DNA of 64,000 nucleotides, from the sequence record MT366760.1, one strand, 5' to 3'. Numbering within the stretch: the first letter of the stretch is position 1; each line of letters starts with the position of its first letter. The notes beneath the pieces are model-generated. The model searched no databases, was not told the origin of the DNA, and saw only the letters and a list, made by a program, of their open reading frames with translations. Positions 18,148-28,222 of the stretch are shown here, one piece after another. The position numbers and the translations under genes were made by a program.

Positions 18148-18837
18148 TTATCTGTATTCAGTTACATGTAGTAGGAAGCCTGTAGCTTCCATTATTTTAT
18201 ATGTGTCAGACATCGACACGGGTTCGTCGTTCAACAAGCACCTCACAGTATTGTGAGACACTGAAGCCTTTTGTGCTATATCATCAATATCTAATTCGTA
18301 TTCTTCCATTTTACCACGGAGCGAAACGATAAGAGGATTAACACTGTGTTCATCCACATCAGCGGGTGGTGTGATGTGTAGATAGAAACCGTAACGCATG
18401 AGGAGCTGCAATGCGATTAATACGCGTTCTGATATACCGTTATTCTCCCTATTGAAGACGTACTTAACGCTGACACCAGATAATTCAACGACATCCTCAC
18501 GGGATAAACCACGGGATTTACGTAAGCTAGAAAATATAAGGTCACTAGCTCGGATGCTAGGATACTTAATTATAAGCATGGAACGCAAATCATCTTGTGG
18601 GATGTTGTATAGCGCAACCTTATAACCAAGCACACGGATATAACGCACGAAAGCCCTGATGTTATCAAGGATATTCGAGTTTGCTTCAATAGCACTGACA
18701 GCCGTACTAGGTCTACCATCACATTGTACTAAGTCAGCGTGGGGTATCTTAAAAGTCTTACGACGGTTCTTTAACACATCAGGGCTCAACGTTTCAATCG
18801 TGTGCCCGAATCTTAATTCAAGTCCGTGTATGTTCAT
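18148..18837 (-). CDS. protein with two XRE-type HTH domains
   Basis: LRKSRGLSREDVVELSGVSVKYVFNREN and MEEYELDIDDIAQKASVSHNTVRCLLN; start moved to MNIHG (GAGGAG SD), downstream of hairpin H4. Confidence 0.6.
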   Translation of the reverse strand: MNIHGLELRFGHTIETLSPDVLKNRRKTFKIPHADLVQCDGRPSTAVSAIEANSNILDNIRAFVRYIRVLGYKVALYNIPQDDLRSMLIIKYPSIRASDLIFSSLRKSRGLSREDVVELSGVSVKYVFNRENNGISERVLIALQLLMRYGFYLHITPPADVDEHSVNPLIVSLRGKMEEYELDIDDIAQKASVSHNTVRCLLNDEPVSMSDTYKIMEATGFLLHVTEYR

Positions 18838-18855
18838 ATTGTGCTCCTCATAAAC

Positions 18856-18891
18856 ATAATCGAGGACACTCCTAAGAATGCCCTCTGTTAT
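18856..18891 (-). other. conserved intergenic RNA hairpin H4
   Basis: ATAACA-GAGGGCATTC-TTAG-GAGTGTCCTC-GATTAT, 1 nt after the stop at 18893. Confidence 0.7.
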
Positions 18892-18892
18892 G

Positions 18893-19246
18893 TTAATCAT
18901 CGGCTAGTATACTAACCCAACCCCTTGACTCGTAGTGCAACTCAGCCTGAGTCAACTCGTCGAGCTTCATGCTCAGTACGATAGCATCACTGATCTGCGG
19001 GTACTCCTTGAGTAACCATTGAGCAGTAGCGCCTGCGTTACACAGTGAGCGAAACTGTGAAAAGCTAGCGTCCTGATTGCGGACAGCATCACCCATGCTA
19101 ACCATGCCGCTGCCTGTGGACGTTAAGCACTTCCCATCTTCAAGTGCTCGTAGTGCCATAGCACGCATTAGTCTTTCACAATGCGCTAGGTCAGCTTGGC
19201 GGAACGCGTTTACATCTGCAGGGATACTGTTATCTTTACTCATCAT
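18893..19246 (-). CDS. hypothetical protein
   Basis: 117-aa ORF. Confidence 0.65.
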   Translation of the reverse strand: MMSKDNSIPADVNAFRQADLAHCERLMRAMALRALEDGKCLTSTGSGMVSMGDAVRNQDASFSQFRSLCNAGATAQWLLKEYPQISDAIVLSMKLDELTQAELHYESRGWVSILADD

Positions 19247-19493
19247 CGAATTCCTCTAGTTTTGAGTTAACGTACTTAACTGTTTTAAGGCTGTGCTTTA
19301 CAACCCTTTCAAATTTACCACGTGACAACCAACGGTCTAATCGTTTGTGCCACTTGTCTGAGAACCCTTCACGAAAGTCCTTAGCAAGCTTTGTTGACTG
19401 CTTGCTTGGTAGGTCAGCTAGTAATAATGCGAAATCGTTACTAGCTTTCTGGAAGCGCTTGATAGCTTTATCAGCTTGTTTCTGAGTAGCCAT
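19236..19493 (-). CDS. hypothetical early protein
   Basis: 85-aa basic ORF after a sigma70 promoter. Confidence 0.65.
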   Translation of the reverse strand: MATQKQADKAIKRFQKASNDFALLLADLPSKQSTKLAKDFREGFSDKWHKRLDRWLSRGKFERVVKHSLKTVKYVNSKLEEFDDE

Positions 19494-19534
19494 AATCTGT
19501 GTCCTTTAAATCAAAGTAGTTGGCTTATGCTTCC

Positions 19535-19563
19535 ATTATACCAGAATACGGGTTCCATTGCAA
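19535..19563 (-). promoter_or_regulatory. host sigma70 promoter (extended -10)
   Basis: TTGCAA-17 bp-TATAAT, same family as 7170 and 8807. Confidence 0.8.
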
Positions 19564-19569
19564 ATTTGA

Positions 19570-20190
19570 TTAGTGTTCTGCACGTTTGAACGGAATTGCG
19601 CTATTGATAGTATTGAAAACAAGTGATGAACCACATTTACAATGCTCAGGATTCAAATGCATATACATCACTAGTTCTGTTGGGATATGATGCGGGGTTT
19701 TTGCATCCTTACGTAGTTTGCTGAAGCCGCCCTTAGACTTATCAAAGAACTCTAAACGGAGGCGTCCAGAATTTGGTTCAATCACACCGCCACAACCCAC
19801 ACATGTGGATACGCACCTATGAGTATACTGTTCAATTGGTCTGATATATGGAACCGTACCAAAGATAGATTTGTTATGAGTATACACTTCCCCGAATGCT
19901 GCATCTTGGGCAAGCTTCCAATGTAGGTCTACACCTATGCGGACAGGTGTGTCTCTATAAAGAGTAACTTCTACATCCCCACCCTCAAGGTCGCGTAGTC
20001 CAATAACGATATGTTTTACCGCTAGACCCATAACCTTAATACGTAGGGTGTCGAATAACTTTAGTTTACTGATTCTGTTCTCACCGTGCTTAATACGCTG
20101 ATTATTCCTCCGATGGTCAGTAGTGTGTACGTTGTGCCCTAGCACTAGAATTTGATACATGGCTTTCTCGCCAACAATCATATTTTTCAT
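19570..20190 (-). CDS. hypothetical protein, possible Zn-binding Cys cluster
   Basis: C-x3-C-x2-C ... H-C-x-C. Confidence 0.6.
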   Translation of the reverse strand: MKNMIVGEKAMYQILVLGHNVHTTDHRRNNQRIKHGENRISKLKLFDTLRIKVMGLAVKHIVIGLRDLEGGDVEVTLYRDTPVRIGVDLHWKLAQDAAFGEVYTHNKSIFGTVPYIRPIEQYTHRCVSTCVGCGGVIEPNSGRLRLEFFDKSKGGFSKLRKDAKTPHHIPTELVMYMHLNPEHCKCGSSLVFNTINSAIPFKRAEH

Positions 20191-20213
20191 TAGGGATTTT
20201 CCTTCTAGTTACG

Positions 20214-20249
20214 AAAAAGCCCCAACCTCGTTAGAAGTCAGGGCTATTT
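20214..20249 (-). terminator. intrinsic terminator
   Basis: GCCCTGAC...GTTGGGGC-TTTTT. Confidence 0.75.
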
Positions 20250-20251
20250 GA

Positions 20252-20857
20252 TTACTGCTTGTTATCGTTAGCCGCCAACTCTTCAGCTTCAGCTTTAACT
20301 TGCTCAGGTGTCAAATGACCCGACTTGGAAAGTGCAGACATATCCGTGCCATGGACACCCTCTTCTTCCTTAGCCAAACCTTCCGACCCATAAGCAGCAA
20401 CATAACCCGAAGTCTGTTGCTTATTGCGTTTCTTCTTGGCTTGGTTACCATAAGGTTCTTTGAACACTGGCTGTGCACCCATCTTACGTTCCTTGTATTC
20501 AGGTTCACCACGAGTGGGATTATCGACCTTGTCACGCCTAGACAACTCAAAGTTAGTTAGGTCTTGGTCGATTCGACACCATTTAGGATGCATAAAATGC
20601 AGAACGCCCAAATTACGCGTGGTCTGGCGAAGTGCCAACTTGAGTTTACCCATGACGATTGTGTTGTTCTGCGGAAGAGTGATTGCGTTAGATGTTTGTA
20701 CAACACCCTTAGCACTAACTACGTCGAGTCTAACCTTTGCTTTGCGAGTTCCCGCTTTAAAGATAGTATCTTCAACTGTGTAATGGTACTGTGTCTTATC
20801 CGCTACATCTACGAATACAACCGTATTACCAATGTGTACACCAATTTGACTCTGCAT
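20252..20857 (-). CDS. hypothetical protein, weak CsrA-like beta-strand pattern
   Basis: ITLPQNNTIVMG-KLKLAL...LGVLHFMHPKWCRIDQD parallels the CsrA pattern LtrrvGEtl.IG.v.vtv....vrigv.APk.v.vhRee; weak. Confidence 0.3.
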   Translation of the reverse strand: MQSQIGVHIGNTVVFVDVADKTQYHYTVEDTIFKAGTRKAKVRLDVVSAKGVVQTSNAITLPQNNTIVMGKLKLALRQTTRNLGVLHFMHPKWCRIDQDLTNFELSRRDKVDNPTRGEPEYKERKMGAQPVFKEPYGNQAKKKRNKQQTSGYVAAYGSEGLAKEEEGVHGTDMSALSKSGHLTPEQVKAEAEELAANDNKQ

Positions 20858-20880
20858 TTTATATTCCTTCTAGTTACGAA

Positions 20881-21345
20881 TTATGTTACAGACATACAAC
20901 CTAACACGTTCTCTTTGGTTAATCGTTGTACATCAATGAGGTCTAACAACTCATAAATATCATTTACAATATTTACCCGAGGTGCTACAAAGTTGGAATC
21001 AGCAGGGCGTATAATCATATCCCAGTGGTCACCCTTATGGTTTTCCACGTTGACACCAACTAGACCTTGTGGTCTTATTACTTCAAGGAACTTTGACAGA
21101 GGTAATTTATTCGGGGATTGATGAATAAGCCAATTCAAGTCCTTGATTTTAACGGGTTCCCCGACCTTGTGCACATATAGAATAATACCGCGAGCTAAAT
21201 CTCTAAAGCTATCCTGTGATAGATACGCAATACGTGCGATTGGTCTAGGGCACTCAGTACTAGACTGAGTGAACCCTTTTTGCTTTTTACGTCGTTCCAA
21301 ACTAGTCCTGAGTATCCGAATCGTGCATAGTATGGACAGGAGCAC
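20881..21345 (-). CDS. hypothetical protein (start uncertain)
   Basis: ORF fills the gap between neighbours. Confidence 0.5.
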   Translation of the reverse strand: MLLSILCTIRILRTSLERRKKQKGFTQSSTECPRPIARIAYLSQDSFRDLARGIILYVHKVGEPVKIKDLNWLIHQSPNKLPLSKFLEVIRPQGLVGVNVENHKGDHWDMIIRPADSNFVAPRVNIVNDIYELLDLIDVQRLTKENVLGCMSVT

Positions 21346-21886
21346 ATGGAACCATCTTGTTGTTCGGGTTACAACCCGCCATAGTCAATAGAGACAAACG
21401 GTGGTAACCTTCTAACTCCCATAGTTTGCTAGAAGCATTCTGATAAGCAGCTTGATTACCAAATTCTGGTACATCCTCTGATGGGTCAATCACACCCGAT
21501 ACACCCGTGACCTTAGCACCGTTCTTACAAGTCAAGTTGCACACAGTGTAAGTGCCATGCTTGATGTAATCACCACACACTTCTTGGTCATTGATGTGAT
21601 GTGGTGTAAGCTTAAGGTTTAGTGGCATATCAAAGAACAAGTTAGAGTTTTGTGGGTCGAATACTAACAGTAGTTTTAACTGAGGGATAGCTAATACACG
21701 TTTATCTTTGTCGTTCTCTGGAACAACACCATGATTCAGCCATTGCCATCCGTGAGGATAACCGAATTCCTTAAGTTCTTCAGATAGTGCACCGTCCTGA
21801 GTAGCTTCAATGTACCCGAATATGGTAGTTTGCATCGGGTTAGTGAACATCAGGGTTCCATCTGATTCGCGCATTGGTTTTTGCAT
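21302..21886 (-). CDS. phage N4 gp49 / Sf6 gp66 family protein
   Basis: TVCNLTCKNGAKVTGVS.......FG...AY.NA..KLWELEGY signature. Confidence 0.7.
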   Translation of the reverse strand: MQKPMRESDGTLMFTNPMQTTIFGYIEATQDGALSEELKEFGYPHGWQWLNHGVVPENDKDKRVLAIPQLKLLLVFDPQNSNLFFDMPLNLKLTPHHINDQEVCGDYIKHGTYTVCNLTCKNGAKVTGVSGVIDPSEDVPEFGNQAAYQNASSKLWELEGYHRLSLLTMAGCNPNNKMVPCAPVHTMHDSDTQD

Positions 21887-21887
21887 C

Positions 21888-22118
21888 TTAGTTTCCTAAA
21901 AGTTTTTCGATGTCTTTGCAAGACCTACGTGAACTAAGTCCAGTTGGTATAACAAAGAGAAGTGGAATCAACCCTGCCCACCATGATGGTGAATCACAGT
22001 GGTAGGCGTAAACTGATATGATTACTAAGACTACGGGGACAATAAATAACTTCAGTCTGTAGTCGCACCGTAGTCTATAATAAGCATCAGGTAGTGAATT
22101 TGTGTGAGATTGGCTCAT
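21888..22118 (-). CDS. small membrane protein
   Basis: Two hydrophobic segments. Confidence 0.55.
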   Translation of the reverse strand: MSQSHTNSLPDAYYRLRCDYRLKLFIVPVVLVIISVYAYHCDSPSWWAGLIPLLFVIPTGLSSRRSCKDIEKLLGN

Positions 22119-23097
22119 GATGTTGGTACTCTAATACCTCAAAGTTATTAACATCGAGAACCTCTAGAAACTCTTCAAACGTATCCGGTTTCTTAACACC
22201 GTCCTTAACTCGGAAGATAGGATGCGGGAGAGGTTCGCGGGATTCGTCTAGTTGTTCCTCCACTGTGTCGATTTGATCTTCGTAGAAATGGTTGTTAACT
22301 AATTTGTGGAATGCCTGACCTGCTTCATTACCAGTTGACCACGCCATGACATATAGGAAAACGTATACCTGTACCATGTTGAAATTCACGCCAAGAGTGA
22401 TGTCACAACTTCTTTGCGTGCTGTTCAAGTAAAGTACACCATCCAACAATGAGAAGTGGTGCGAGTACATACAGGCGGGTAGACATGCTTGGTCGATTTC
22501 CCCTGGGTTAAAAAAGTTAAGGATAAGACGACGGTCGTCTTTACCTTCTTTCAACATTTCCCAGATACGCTTCAACTGGTTGGTAGTCTTCTTCCAAACT
22601 TGAACACCCAGAAGTGGTTGGTCTACGAGTACTTCGTAACCCAGATCGTGTAGCTCAGCAATTGCTTCTGGTGTAAGCTTAGCCATAGGAATTTCAGCGT
22701 ATGTCTTCCACTCGTTACCCTGAACACCATAAGAACGACCCATATCATAGGAGTAGTTTTCCTTATCACAGAACACTGAGTCACGCCACCAAGCAGCGGA
22801 GGCATTATTCATCCATGTATTAGCACCCATCTCTTTGAATACGACGGCGTCACGTTCCCCACGGGCGTAACCGAAAATCTCAGCAGCAGCAGCTTTCCAG
22901 TAGGACTTGCGTGTAGTGTCTAAAGGGAATTGACCCTTGGCGACATCATACGTCATATCGTGATTGATGAGTGTCAGGCAGTTTTTACCCGTGCGTTCAT
23001 TGAAAGACCAAACACCGTTTTCTTTAACTCGCTTCATGTAATCGCGGTATTGGTAGAGAGGAAGTCTAACTCCGGTCATTGTACTATTCCTTTGCAA
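22087..23097 (-). CDS. thyA: thymidylate synthase
   Basis: FPLDTTRK, DDRRLI, LPACM (catalytic Cys), QRSCD..LGVNFN and HFY. Confidence 0.93.
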   Translation of the reverse strand: MQRNSTMTGVRLPLYQYRDYMKRVKENGVWSFNERTGKNCLTLINHDMTYDVAKGQFPLDTTRKSYWKAAAAEIFGYARGERDAVVFKEMGANTWMNNASAAWWRDSVFCDKENYSYDMGRSYGVQGNEWKTYAEIPMAKLTPEAIAELHDLGYEVLVDQPLLGVQVWKKTTNQLKRIWEMLKEGKDDRRLILNFFNPGEIDQACLPACMYSHHFSLLDGVLYLNSTQRSCDITLGVNFNMVQVYVFLYVMAWSTGNEAGQAFHKLVNNHFYEDQIDTVEEQLDESREPLPHPIFRVKDGVKKPDTFEEFLEVLDVNNFEVLEYQHHEPISHKFTT

Positions 23098-24395
23098 ACG
23101 TGAAGGGCTATTACTGGTACGCCCGATAAGTATTTCTCATATGCTGAATCAATTTGGTCTTGAGGCACATGAATGTGTGTAGCTTTAGCTTTGAGTATAT
23201 TAGCCGCTTGTGCATATAACTCATTTTCGTATTCTTGACGATTAAGTGTGTGACCTGCCAATACAACTGGTGGCTGCTCGCTACCTACCATCTTCTCGCC
23301 ATTAAAGAACTTGAATAGAGTTTTAACCGATTGACCCGAGCCATCTGACATACTAATAGCTAGGTCGTCGTTTAACTTGTTGACGTCTAATAGACTAGCC
23401 GCTGTAGGTTGCCCACGGCACATATTAATGATAGCGTCTTTCAAGTCGTTGTCGTCACCACACAAGACTTTCAATGCGTCATCAACTGTAATGTCACGGT
23501 CTTTATCATCGGGGGAGGAACCACCTTGAGTGATTTCGGTTACCACATCATAGGTGTCTTCAGCAGCACCCTCAACTACTTCATGCATTGGAACCATAGA
23601 CCACGCAGCAAACTCGTTAAGGATTTCAAATGGTGAATCCTCTTGTTCAACGTCAGTACCACGCATGTATGTAAGTGCACGTTCCAGGGATGCTTGGTCT
23701 TTGAAGCCGCCATTCTCCATATCGTGGCACTGTGTTATCAATGCTGACAGGAATCCAGTACCAACTGCGGTGTATACGTCCTTACCAGTAACTAATATTG
23801 GTTCGTCACCTTCTTCACCACACGCTTCCGATTGGTTGTAGTTCTCATCGGCAATTCGAGTACCACGTGAGAACGCTAGTGCACTATCAACGGTACCTTC
23901 AATAGTGAAGATACCTTGCTGTTCCAATGATTCTAGTGTTTCTCCATTGTAAAGTACATCACGACACTGACCTACGAGTGCAATGGTGTAGGGCATACTA
24001 TCGAACAACCCATAACCGTCATCGGATATGTGAGACACCCCGATGCAGGTACCGTCTTGCAATTCACCACATAAAGGTGTACCTTCGTGTAAATCACTGA
24101 TTAGTGTATTTCTAGGGAGGGTAAGTGACAACCAACGTGGAACAATCATCTTGTTCTCCCAGTCGTTAATCAGTACACCCATGTTTACTACGTCAGCGCG
24201 ACGACGACTGTCGAAGAATGCTTCAATAACTTCTTGGGTTGGCGGTAGTAGGTCGAATACTTCACCCATAGATTCTCGGATGTGGGCAACAGCCGTAGCT
24301 ACTGAACTCTCGCTTTGTTCTATTTTAATCAGTTGTTCATGCAGGATAGATAGCATGTTCATGTAGTCTGACGTTTCTAAACCTTTCTCATTCAT
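23076..24395 (-). CDS. hypothetical acidic protein
   Basis: 439-aa ORF; no recognisable motif. Confidence 0.7.
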   Translation of the reverse strand: MNEKGLETSDYMNMLSILHEQLIKIEQSESSVATAVAHIRESMGEVFDLLPPTQEVIEAFFDSRRRADVVNMGVLINDWENKMIVPRWLSLTLPRNTLISDLHEGTPLCGELQDGTCIGVSHISDDGYGLFDSMPYTIALVGQCRDVLYNGETLESLEQQGIFTIEGTVDSALAFSRGTRIADENYNQSEACGEEGDEPILVTGKDVYTAVGTGFLSALITQCHDMENGGFKDQASLERALTYMRGTDVEQEDSPFEILNEFAAWSMVPMHEVVEGAAEDTYDVVTEITQGGSSPDDKDRDITVDDALKVLCGDDNDLKDAIINMCRGQPTAASLLDVNKLNDDLAISMSDGSGQSVKTLFKFFNGEKMVGSEQPPVVLAGHTLNRQEYENELYAQAANILKAKATHIHVPQDQIDSAYEKYLSGVPVIALHVCKGIVQ

Positions 24396-24434
24396 TGGAG
24401 GATACTCCGTTTAAGTTACATATCATCATATTGT

Positions 24435-24441
24435 ATTTACA
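24435..24441 (-). promoter_or_regulatory. TGTAAAT box
   Basis: Directly after the nrdG terminator; 40 nt upstream of a start. Confidence 0.5.
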
Positions 24442-24446
24442 AGATG

Positions 24447-24474
24447 AAAAAGCCCCGAATTAACGAGGCTTTTT
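24447..24474 (-). terminator. intrinsic terminator
   Basis: GCCTCG-TTAATT-CGGGGC-TTTTT right after the nrdG stop. Confidence 0.85.
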
Positions 24475-24475
24475 A

Positions 24476-24952
24476 CTACGCTTTTTCTAAGTATATAAGG
24501 TTTTGATTAGATGAACCGCGCCAGGGGAGCTTAGCTGTTTTGTTCTCTAACTCAAATTTACCATCCACCAACACGTCAACGTAACTTAGTATCTCAGCCA
24601 TAGTTGGGTCGTCCATAATCTGTTGATGGGTGTAACCTGACCACATCCATATATTCTTATCAGGTAGTTCGTGCTTAACACGTTTAACTAAGTTGAGTAT
24701 TGTCTCTCTGTTTCTACGGTATAGTGGGTCACCACCCGAAAGTGTTAGACCGTCAACCCTGACGTCGGATAATTCCAACATCAAGGCGTCTTCTACTTCT
24801 CGTGTGTAATCCAACCCACTATTGGGATTCCACGTGCTCTCGTTGTAACAACCTTTGCATCCGTGGGAACATCCCGAAACAAAGAGGGTGGTTCTAATAC
24901 CCTCTCCGTTTACCATATCAAGTGTTTTGATAGAGGAATACTTCATCGTCAA
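24476..24952 (-). CDS. nrdG: anaerobic ribonucleotide reductase activating enzyme
   Basis: NGEGIR..LFVSGCSHGCKGC (radical SAM), GLTLSGGDP and WRGSSNQ. Confidence 0.95.
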   Translation of the reverse strand: MTMKYSSIKTLDMVNGEGIRTTLFVSGCSHGCKGCYNESTWNPNSGLDYTREVEDALMLELSDVRVDGLTLSGGDPLYRRNRETILNLVKRVKHELPDKNIWMWSGYTHQQIMDDPTMAEILSYVDVLVDGKFELENKTAKLPWRGSSNQNLIYLEKA

Positions 24953-27114
24953 CAGTGCTTAACGCGATTCTGAACTTCTTGTTGTTTACCTTCGTTGAAT
25001 GGTCGGTTGTCCGGTGAACCCAGATAACCACAAACACGACGGGTAACACTACTAGTCACAGGGTTAGTGTTAGAACATTCTGGGCAATTGTAACCATCGG
25101 ATGTACAATCGAATTCACCCTTGAACCCACACTCGTAACATTCGTCACAAGGGGTGTTCGTACCAAAGTAAGGTACACGAGTATATGTGTAATCCCAAAC
25201 ACGTTCTAAAGCATCAAGGTTATGCAACATTACTGGGAACTCTGCGTAGTTGATGAATCCACCATTTGCAATAGCAGGATACTGTGACTCAAAGTCTATC
25301 TTGTGGAACGGGTCAACTTTCTCACGTACATCTAGATGGAACGAATTCGTATAATAGCCATGGTCATTAACTCCTTCGTATTCACCGTATGACTCCACAT
25401 CCAACTTACAGAAGCGGTTACACAATGATTCTGATGGAGTTGAATATAGGGAGAAAGCGAAACCAGTTTCGTCTTTCCACTTATCACAAGCGTCACGTAG
25501 GTGTCGAACAATGTCTAAGCCTAGTTCTTGGATACCGTTATCCGCGATAGGGTTGTCACCCTCTAAGCAACGAACTGTCTCGTGAATACCAATATAACCA
25601 AGCGAGATACTAGCACGACCGTTCTCGAACAACTGCATAACGTCGTCGTCTTCATTAAGGCGGACGCCACAAGCCCCATGCATATAGAGTATTGGTGCGA
25701 CTTTAGCTTTGACACCCTTGAAGCGATTAACTCTGAACATCAATGCTTTACGGCACAGGTCCAAACGACCATCTAATAGATTGAAGAATCGTTCGTGTGT
25801 TGATACACCAATACCCAAACCTTCTTTAGCTTCGATGGCAATTCGTGGTAGGTTAAGTGAAACAACACCAAGGTTATTACGACCATCCACAATTGGTTCA
25901 CCTGATTCATTGCGCCATTCGCCAAGGAAGCTGCGACAACCCATTGGAGTCTTGAACCCACCAGTAACTTCAACCAACTTGTCGTAGTTAAGGATATCCG
26001 GATACATTCGTTTCGAGCTACACTCAAGAGCTAAGCGCTTAACAGAGTAGAACGGATCTTGTGGCTTGTGGTTATGACCATCCTTGATAGCGTAAACAAG
26101 TTTAGGGAAGACAGGCGTATTACCGTCGTCGCCTAGACCTTTAATACGAACACGTAGAATAGATTCCTGAATCAGACGGGACTGCCATGACTCACCAAGA
26201 CCAAAGCCGAAAGTAACGAAAGGGGTTTGACCATTAGCAGTGTGAAGTGTATTAACCTCATATTCAAGTGCTTGTACAGCATCATAGACTTCCTTCTTAG
26301 TTCGCTTCATCGCGTACTTTTCTAGGTCTTCAGCTACACAAACGTTAGATGTTTCCTCACAGAAGTCACGGTAAAACTGTTTGTGCTTCTCGTAGGATAT
26401 TGTGACATAGGGTGCTAGTACTTCGTCCAAGCGGTTGAGAGACGTACCACCATAAATGTGACTAGACACCTGAGCAATAATCTGAGCTGTTTGTGCAGCA
26501 GCAACAGAGATAGACTTAGGTGAACCCAGTTTAGCATTACCCATTGTGTAACCCTGAGACAACATGTTTTCGAGGTCTACGAGCATACAGTTGTAGGATG
26601 GGAATAACGGTGAGTAGTCTGTATCGTGAAAATGGATGTCACCAACCTTGTGTGCTTTAGCAACATCTTCGGGTAACATATGATTAACGGCATAATGGCG
26701 GGAGATAATACCTGCCAACATGTCACGTTGGGTTGGGATAACGTTCGCGTCTTTATTAGCATTTTCTAAGGCGTCGCCCGAATCCCCTTTGAATAGATCT
26801 GTTACTTCATTATAAATACCAGTAGTCTGTTCACGCTTTAAGTTGCGAGCGTGGCGATAACGAATGTATTCTTGGGCAATTAAGAAAGCATTACGTTTCA
26901 TTAGACCCTGTTCTACTAGGTCTTGAATAGCTTCAACATGTAGTGTATCTTCTTGACGTTTCGCAATATCATTAGCAATAGATTGCGCAATGCCCATAAC
27001 AGCACCACTGGGGAAAGAAGGTACTTTGTCTCCTGCTTTCGTAATAGCTGTGATGATACACTGACGGGTAAACGGTCGTAGAGAACCGTCTCTCTTTTCT
27101 ACATTATTAACCAT
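24949..27114 (-). CDS. nrdD: class III (anaerobic) ribonucleotide reductase with ATP cone
   Basis: VEKRDG ATP cone, MGCRSFL, NLGVVSLNLPR, YSTPSESL, CxxC...CxxC and RRVCGYLG glycyl-radical motif. Confidence 0.96.
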   Translation of the reverse strand: MVNNVEKRDGSLRPFTRQCIITAITKAGDKVPSFPSGAVMGIAQSIANDIAKRQEDTLHVEAIQDLVEQGLMKRNAFLIAQEYIRYRHARNLKREQTTGIYNEVTDLFKGDSGDALENANKDANVIPTQRDMLAGIISRHYAVNHMLPEDVAKAHKVGDIHFHDTDYSPLFPSYNCMLVDLENMLSQGYTMGNAKLGSPKSISVAAAQTAQIIAQVSSHIYGGTSLNRLDEVLAPYVTISYEKHKQFYRDFCEETSNVCVAEDLEKYAMKRTKKEVYDAVQALEYEVNTLHTANGQTPFVTFGFGLGESWQSRLIQESILRVRIKGLGDDGNTPVFPKLVYAIKDGHNHKPQDPFYSVKRLALECSSKRMYPDILNYDKLVEVTGGFKTPMGCRSFLGEWRNESGEPIVDGRNNLGVVSLNLPRIAIEAKEGLGIGVSTHERFFNLLDGRLDLCRKALMFRVNRFKGVKAKVAPILYMHGACGVRLNEDDDVMQLFENGRASISLGYIGIHETVRCLEGDNPIADNGIQELGLDIVRHLRDACDKWKDETGFAFSLYSTPSESLCNRFCKLDVESYGEYEGVNDHGYYTNSFHLDVREKVDPFHKIDFESQYPAIANGGFINYAEFPVMLHNLDALERVWDYTYTRVPYFGTNTPCDECYECGFKGEFDCTSDGYNCPECSNTNPVTSSVTRRVCGYLGSPDNRPFNEGKQQEVQNRVKHC

Positions 27115-27183
27115 AAGGGTTTTCCTAGTTTTAGTTAGTATAGATTTCATCACGAGACCGACTTAGTAACCACGTGACAAAAT

Positions 27184-27213
27184 AAAATTAGCCCGATGCA
27201 GGACACCGAGCTA
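27184..27213 (-). terminator. intrinsic terminator
   Basis: TAGCTCGGTG-TCCTG-CATCGGGCTA-ATTTT after the queD stop. Confidence 0.65.
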
Positions 27214-27225
27214 AAAATTTGGAAA

Positions 27226-28200
27226 TTAAATTTGGTAGAACGCGCCCTTATCTAAACCCTCAGAGATATAGACGGATGATACACCTAGCTCACGGAACTG
27301 AGCTTTATATTTGTCTGCGACGTAAGCGACAATACACTCGATTGTTGTCTCTTCAGGTAGAATCAAGTAGTCCTGCTCGATGTGCAACTTGAATACACCA
27401 CGAGACTTAGATGTGTATTGAACTAGGGTACGTGAACCCTCTTTCTTACCTTCAGTAATGTTACAACGGGCAACTAGATATTTACCATCCAAGAACTCGG
27501 ATACTTTACGAGTCAGGCGGTCTAGCTGAGCTTTGTATTCACTGGACGCGAAGTTCTCATGAATACCTACCAGTTGGATAAAGGACTTATGCCCGTGCAT
27601 GATGTTCTGACAACCATAGGAAGTGCTGTCCTTTAAACCGTGCGTATACGTCACTGGATATGCCTGAGTCAACACCCATCCACGAACGTCTTGTGGTGTA
27701 ACGTGGTTGAAAGCCCAGATAAGTGATACTTTGATTTCAAAGTCAGGGAATTGCTCGTTTAACGCACCCTGCAACCAACGCTGAATCATCGTCATCGGAT
27801 CTTCGCGGTAGTCACGGTCAAATTCCAACACGTGTACAGCGTGCGCGTCTGCTTCGATGTACGTATCATTCAGAGTGGTTAACTGGACTGCTTTAACCGC
27901 CTTTGAACCCTTCTGCTTTTTATTGAAGTAGCTAGGTTCCTCTTTACAACCGACTACTTTGTCTACAACCTTAAACGCAAGCAGTTTGTGGTCGATACCA
28001 GTTTCTGGGTCATCAATGAACTTTTTGATGTCTTTCTTAATTGTAGAGAAGTCAACTACAACGGATTCTTCTTCATCAATCTTGCCCGTGATGTGGATAC
28101 GAGGTGACACTGAAAACCCAGTACAAATACCTTCACTGTTAATATATGCCCCATCAATAACAGTTACGTTATGAAGGAACATTGATGCTGTCTTACTCAT
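27226..28200 (-). CDS. queD: two-domain (long-form) 6-carboxytetrahydropterin synthase QueD-like
   Basis: VVDFS.IKK.IK..ID...DHKLL in domain 1, YTHGLK...CQNIMHGH.S metal motif in domain 2 and PEETTIE; long form as recalled for Vibrio/Shewanella. Confidence 0.8.
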   Translation of the reverse strand: MSKTASMFLHNVTVIDGAYINSEGICTGFSVSPRIHITGKIDEEESVVVDFSTIKKDIKKFIDDPETGIDHKLLAFKVVDKVVGCKEEPSYFNKKQKGSKAVKAVQLTTLNDTYIEADAHAVHVLEFDRDYREDPMTMIQRWLQGALNEQFPDFEIKVSLIWAFNHVTPQDVRGWVLTQAYPVTYTHGLKDSTSYGCQNIMHGHKSFIQLVGIHENFASSEYKAQLDRLTRKVSEFLDGKYLVARCNITEGKKEGSRTLVQYTSKSRGVFKLHIEQDYLILPEETTIECIVAYVADKYKAQFRELGVSSVYISEGLDKGAFYQI

Positions 28201-28222
28201 TGGTTAGTCCTTTCTATTAGAA

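Noticed and set aside
22087-23097. dCMP hydroxymethylase or other base-modifying ThyA paralog
   Set aside because: It keeps the Asn of LGVNFN typical of dUMP-specific thymidylate synthase.
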